Shown here: positions 59,980 to 64,000 of the stretch, piece by piece
How positions within the stretch are numbered: the stretch's first letter is position 1
How the letters are laid out: each line of letters begins with the position of its first letter
DNA from: Mobula hypostoma
Taxonomy: Eukaryota
Length of the DNA stretch: 64,000 bases
Reading direction: 5' to 3'
Assembly: GCF_963921235.1 (NCBI RefSeq)
Contig: NC_086108.1
Location: 21,142,001-21,206,000, forward strand
Position numbers and translations under genes: made by a program
The notes under the pieces: model-generated
Told to the model about the DNA's origin: nothing
What the model saw: the letters and a program-made list of their open reading frames with translations, nothing else
Database searches by the model: none

Positions 59980-60545
59980 AAAGGCTGGAAGGAAATGTCA
60001 TGTGTCTGGATTCAAAAGGATGATATGGAGATGGCGAGAGAGAGAGAGAGAGAGAGAGAGAAGAAGAAGAAGGAGGAGGAGGAGGGCTGGAGGAAAATCT
60101 AGGCGTTAGAGGATACTGGGATATCAAGCCTCGCATTGAGTCATTTATAGTGGGGGAGAGTGTCATGGAGGGCCGGATGGTTATTCTTGGCTGCTAGGGA
60201 TCTTAAAGATCAGACTCACAACCTGGAGGTATTAGGAGAAGACTGATTTAGTGATCATGAAGACTGCAAAGAGTGAGGCTAGGGATGGGGTGGTGGAGGT
60301 AGTCCAGGATGGATTAGCAAGATTTGGACTAAAAATCAGTGTGGATCTGCCATTAAGGTGGGTTAGCCAGGGCCACAGAATGGAAAATTATAGAAGTCAA
60401 CAAGGAGTAGTAGTTGTGGAGGTACTGTATTGGCCTGCAGTTCAGCCACCAGGAGTAATTGATATTTACCTACCTGAGGTGAGGGTCCAAGCAGTGGACT
60501 CACAAGTTGTTCATGTCTTCACTAGTGGTCCACATCGTTTGTAAG
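59980..60545 (-). mobile_element. Possible old L2/CR1-group LINE fragment containing a (GA)n(GAA)n(GGA)n microsatellite at ~60036-60085
   Basis: The microsatellite is directly visible. The flanks only loosely resemble the antisense tether region of L2 ORF2. Confidence 0.35.
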
Positions 60546-61058
60546 TGTGAAGTGAAATCATTACAGTGCCATCCAAGTCTGTTTTCCACAATGCAACACA
60601 TTTCTGGGCTCTTCACTGTGGCTGAATGTTAAAAGACAAGAATTATTATTATGCCATATATTTTCTGATTTTCAGTGTTTCCATGGCATTTCTCCATTTC
60701 TATTATCTTCATGACATGCTGAGTACGATCTGTTTGTTCTCAACTTCTGTTGGATGTCATTTAACCAATCTCCCTATGCTGATACATTTACCTCAATCCT
60801 ATCACCTTTTATTGTATATTATCTTTTATAAGGTACTTATTACTTGTCACATCCTCAAAAAACCCCATTTGATTAGTTAAACAAGGTTTCCTATTCCTCC
60901 AAAACATACGTAGACTGGAATTCAAATGTCATGCATTTTGGGTGTGCTAAATCTCTGCTGCAGACAGGTTCAATGCCCTTTGGATCCTTCCAAGATTGAT
61001 GAAATTGACCAAACTCAAATCAAAACAGACTTATGGTGACTTGCAATCAGAATCATAT

Positions 61059-61393
61059 TGTGGCGCTCCAGAGACGTGGTCGACAGCTCGCCCCAGTATT
61101 CCTAGTGGCCAGCGCTATTTATTGTTCTTGTTTTAGAATGCATTCGTGCGTGATCAGTCAAATTATGATGAGATGTTCAAGTTCATTTATTTTAGCTCAG
61201 GTTATACGGTTGCTCACTTGTGTGTTTGTGCGCCACCAGGGTGAGTAATAATCACCTCTCCCATCTGTACGTGATTGGGTTAGTTCTCACCGAACTATTG
61301 TGCTCTGTCTGTCATTCTGCTTGTCGCAATAAAACAACAGGTGAGATCAATGAGCCTTTCTTGTCTGTCATTGTGGACCGACAGCTCGCCACA
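61059..61393 (+). mobile_element. Short solo LTR, 335 bp
   Basis: TGTGGCG...CGCCACA inverted termini, TSD ATAT/GTAT (one mismatch), AATAAA at ~61328, and CGACAGCTCGCC repeated near both ends. Confidence 0.72.
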
Positions 61394-61497
61394 GTATACT
61401 GAAACATCGTGGTTCCAGAAGGACGCACATGAAAAGCATGCGTCTGCTGTACTTTGACTGGGAAGAATGTCAGACCTTAAAGGAAGTCTCCCAATGT

Positions 61498-62810
61498 AGG
61501 ATCAGAATCAGAATCGGTTTATTGTCATTGACATTAGTCATGTTGTTTGTGGTAGTAGTACAATGCAGGCATAACAATTTACTTTTGACAATAAAAATAA
61601 ATAAATAATAATGCAACAGCGGAATAGCAAGGTAGTGTTCACGGCTCAGACATCTGTTGGTAGAGGGGGAAAAGTGTTTCTAAAACACTGAGTGTGGGCC
61701 TTCAGGCTCCTGTACTTCTTCCCTAATGGTAGTGTAATGCCCTGGTTCATAACTTTATTGTTATGCTGCAGGTATTTCATTTAGCAGCTCTGTCCTGCTT
61801 TCATCCTGTTTAAGAGAAGGGATGATGTGGAATGTGTGCCATCCAATTAGCGGATGGTTTCTCTGGTGAGGGACAATAAGGTTGGGCTTGGGGTTTTTGT
61901 TCAGCAGGAGATGAGAGAGAAGATGCTGGGGAGAACCGGTCGTAGCATACGATCCGGTGGGAGACTCGTTTGTTTGAGACGGATTGCAAGCGACGTTCGG
62001 CAGGTGGTGTGGGCTTTCACGTTGACCAAGGGCCCAGCGCATGAGTGACAGAGAAGTTCAAGATGAGTTCCAACTTATGCACATTTGACTGTTTAATTAG
62101 AATGGGCCCTTTCCTTTTCATTTTTTTTACTAACCCTTTAGTTAAGATTCATAAATATAATTCCTTTAATCGTATGCAGTGTACTGTCTCTTATTTTGTG
62201 GCACTAATTTGTAACAGGGTAGCAAATTACACAGCATCCACACAAATTGGGGTTTGGGATGGGACGTGCTGTCTCAATCTCGTGAGTTTGGTGTGACTTG
62301 AGAGTGTCTTCCCTGGACTTGCGCAGCCAAGGAAACCAGGGTGTTTCAGTAGTAATGAGAAGGGAGAATTTCCTGAACAGTGAGGGTCCTTAATGATGGA
62401 TGCCACCTTCTTGAGACACTGCTTTTTGAAGATGTCCTCAATGGTGGAGCTGGCTGAGTCTACTACCTTCTGAAGTCTCTAACAGTTCAGGTATTGGCAC
62501 CTCCACACCAGTGATGCAACCTATCAGATGCTCTAACATACATCTGTATAAATTTGCTAGAGTCTTTGGTGATATGTCAAATCTCCTCAAACTCCAAATG
62601 AAGAATAGCTGCCGCAAGCCTGCTTTGTGATTGCATCAATATAATTGGCCCAGGTAGATCCTCTTAGATGTTGATGTCCAGGAACTTGAAATTGCTCATC
62701 CTTTCCACCGCTGACTCTCAATAAGGATTAGAGAGACTTCTCCTAACTTTCCCTTACTGAATCCACAATCAGTTCCTTGGTTCTGTTGAGTGCAAGGTAG
62801 TTATTAGGAA
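61498..62810 (-). mobile_element. Rex1/Babar LINE 3' fragment split by a solo LTR
   Basis: (ATCAGA)n tail at ~61500. Sequence on both sides of 61733-62348 is colinear with 45770-45860. Confidence 0.78.
61733..62348 (+). mobile_element. Solo LTR or TIR-bearing insertion, 616 bp
   Basis: TG...CA termini with an imperfect 15-bp inverted repeat (TGTAATGCCCTGGTT vs TGAAACACCCTGGTT) and a perfect 4-bp TSD GTAG. It cleanly interrupts a LINE. Strand is tentative. Confidence 0.8.
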
Positions 62811-63250
62811 TTACTGGAAGTTGGAAAATCGTGATGACATGAACATCAATTTCAATATCTTCCAATCATTTCTACTCCCTCCCGTCTTCTCATTTTCCAT
62901 TCCATATTCTAGTTACCCTTTCTCTTCTCCTCACCAGTCCATCACTTCCCTCTGGTTTCCCTAATCCCTTCCCTTTCTTCCATAGTCCACTGTACTCTCC
63001 TGTTAGATTCCACCTTCTTCAGCCCTTTACCTTTTCTACAAATCACCATCCAACTTCTTACTTCATCCCTCACCTGGTTTTACTTATTACCTTCACCTCC
63101 CACCACCTTCTTATTCTGGCTTCTTCCCCCTTCCTTTCCAGTCCTGATGACTATTTATTCCCCTCCATAGATGCTGCCTGACTTGCTGAGTGCCTCCAAC
63201 ATTTTGTGAGTGTTGCTCTAGATTTCCAGCATCTGCAGATCCCTTGTGTT
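62811..63250 (+). mobile_element. Penelope-like pseudo-LTR fragment with a short inverted 5' piece and a deleted hammerhead
   Basis: Homologous to 4785-5222. CAGTCCTGATGA joins directly to CTATTTATTCCC, so stem II and GAAA are missing. Confidence 0.75.
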
Positions 63251-63254
63251 TGTG

Positions 63255-64000
63255 GGTATGATTGATGCCCTTCTGAAGCAGATGGGAACCTCCAACTACA
63301 GCAGTAAGATGTTGAAGATGTCCTTGAACACTCTTGCTAGTTAGTTGAAACAGGTTTTTGGTACCCTGCCAGGTATACAATCAAGGCCTATTGCCTTGCA
63401 AGGATTGACCCGCTTGGAAGAAGTTCTGACATTGGCCTCCAAGACAGAGAGGATAGGGTCACCATAAACTGGGGATTTGTACAGGTGTATATTTATTCTT
63501 CCTTTTAAAGTATGAAGCTCATCAGGGGGTGAAGAATCACTGCCAATTATGCTGTTACATTTTGCCTTTTAGGAAGTAATGACTGCAAACCCTGCCACAG
63601 CAGATGCACATCCGATCGTGTGTCTCTAACTTCACATGGCATTGCCTTTTTGCTGTTACAATGGCCTCTGTAGGTCATACCTGGACTTCTAATAGGATTC
63701 TGGATTGCCATCCTTAAACATTACAGATATAGCCCTCCCAAGGCTGAATCTCCTTGTTCATTCACAGATTCTGGTTAGGGTATGTAGGATTTGTCTTGAA
63801 AGCACACACTCAGTTATGCAAGTCTTGATGAAGTTGATGACTTCAGATTTGAAGATGAATTCATGAATTTTGTTCAACGCCGTGGTGGGAGGGAAATGTT
63901 GGGGAGAAGGGACCATGGTCCTCTGTGTGTGTGGACAATGACACTTGATGGTCCGGCCTGATTGAGTCCTACAGCAAATGGCTTAAATCCATTGGGAAGT
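63255..64000 (-). mobile_element. Old Rex1/Babar-like LINE fragment
   Basis: Weak antisense similarity to the 5980-6700 region (LDQVSL, KPWM-like NLWMN, ARYDL). Confidence 0.45.

Noticed and set aside
1..64000. tRNA, rRNA or prokaryotic systems
   Set aside because: None recognised; the SINE heads are too decayed to call as tRNA genes.

Overview
This is repeat-saturated vertebrate genomic DNA. The repeat complement (CR1 LINEs with an esterase ORF1, V-SINEs, Rex1/Babar LINEs, Penelope fragments) suggests a cartilaginous fish, probably a ray; that is an inference. No intact host gene is recognisable, only one or two weak candidate exons near 27.9-28.7 kb. Retroelements: two near-full-length decayed CR1 LINEs (one containing a younger antisense CR1), many CR1 and Rex1/Babar fragments, Tx1/L1 relics, Penelope fragments with hammerhead-ribozyme cores, a deleted chromoviral Gypsy, four solo LTRs with 4-bp TSDs (one mismatched), and two copies of a ~680-bp non-autonomous retroposon. 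DNA transposons: a full-length DD34E Tc1 inactivated only by nonsense codons, a deleted Tc1-like element, a Tigger/pogo derivative, and a hAT-like element with a 6-bp TSD that contains a Charlie element. The centre is a ~1-kb purine-rich minisatellite followed by a ~15-kb strand-asymmetric G-rich satellite; its TTAGGG-containing right boundary has been re-duplicated twice inside the array. I cannot support a wholly new biological system. The most unusual signals are the satellite architecture, the 6-bp-TSD hAT-like element and the non-autonomous retroposon. Boundaries of decayed fragments are approximate, and family names come from motif recognition, not database searches.
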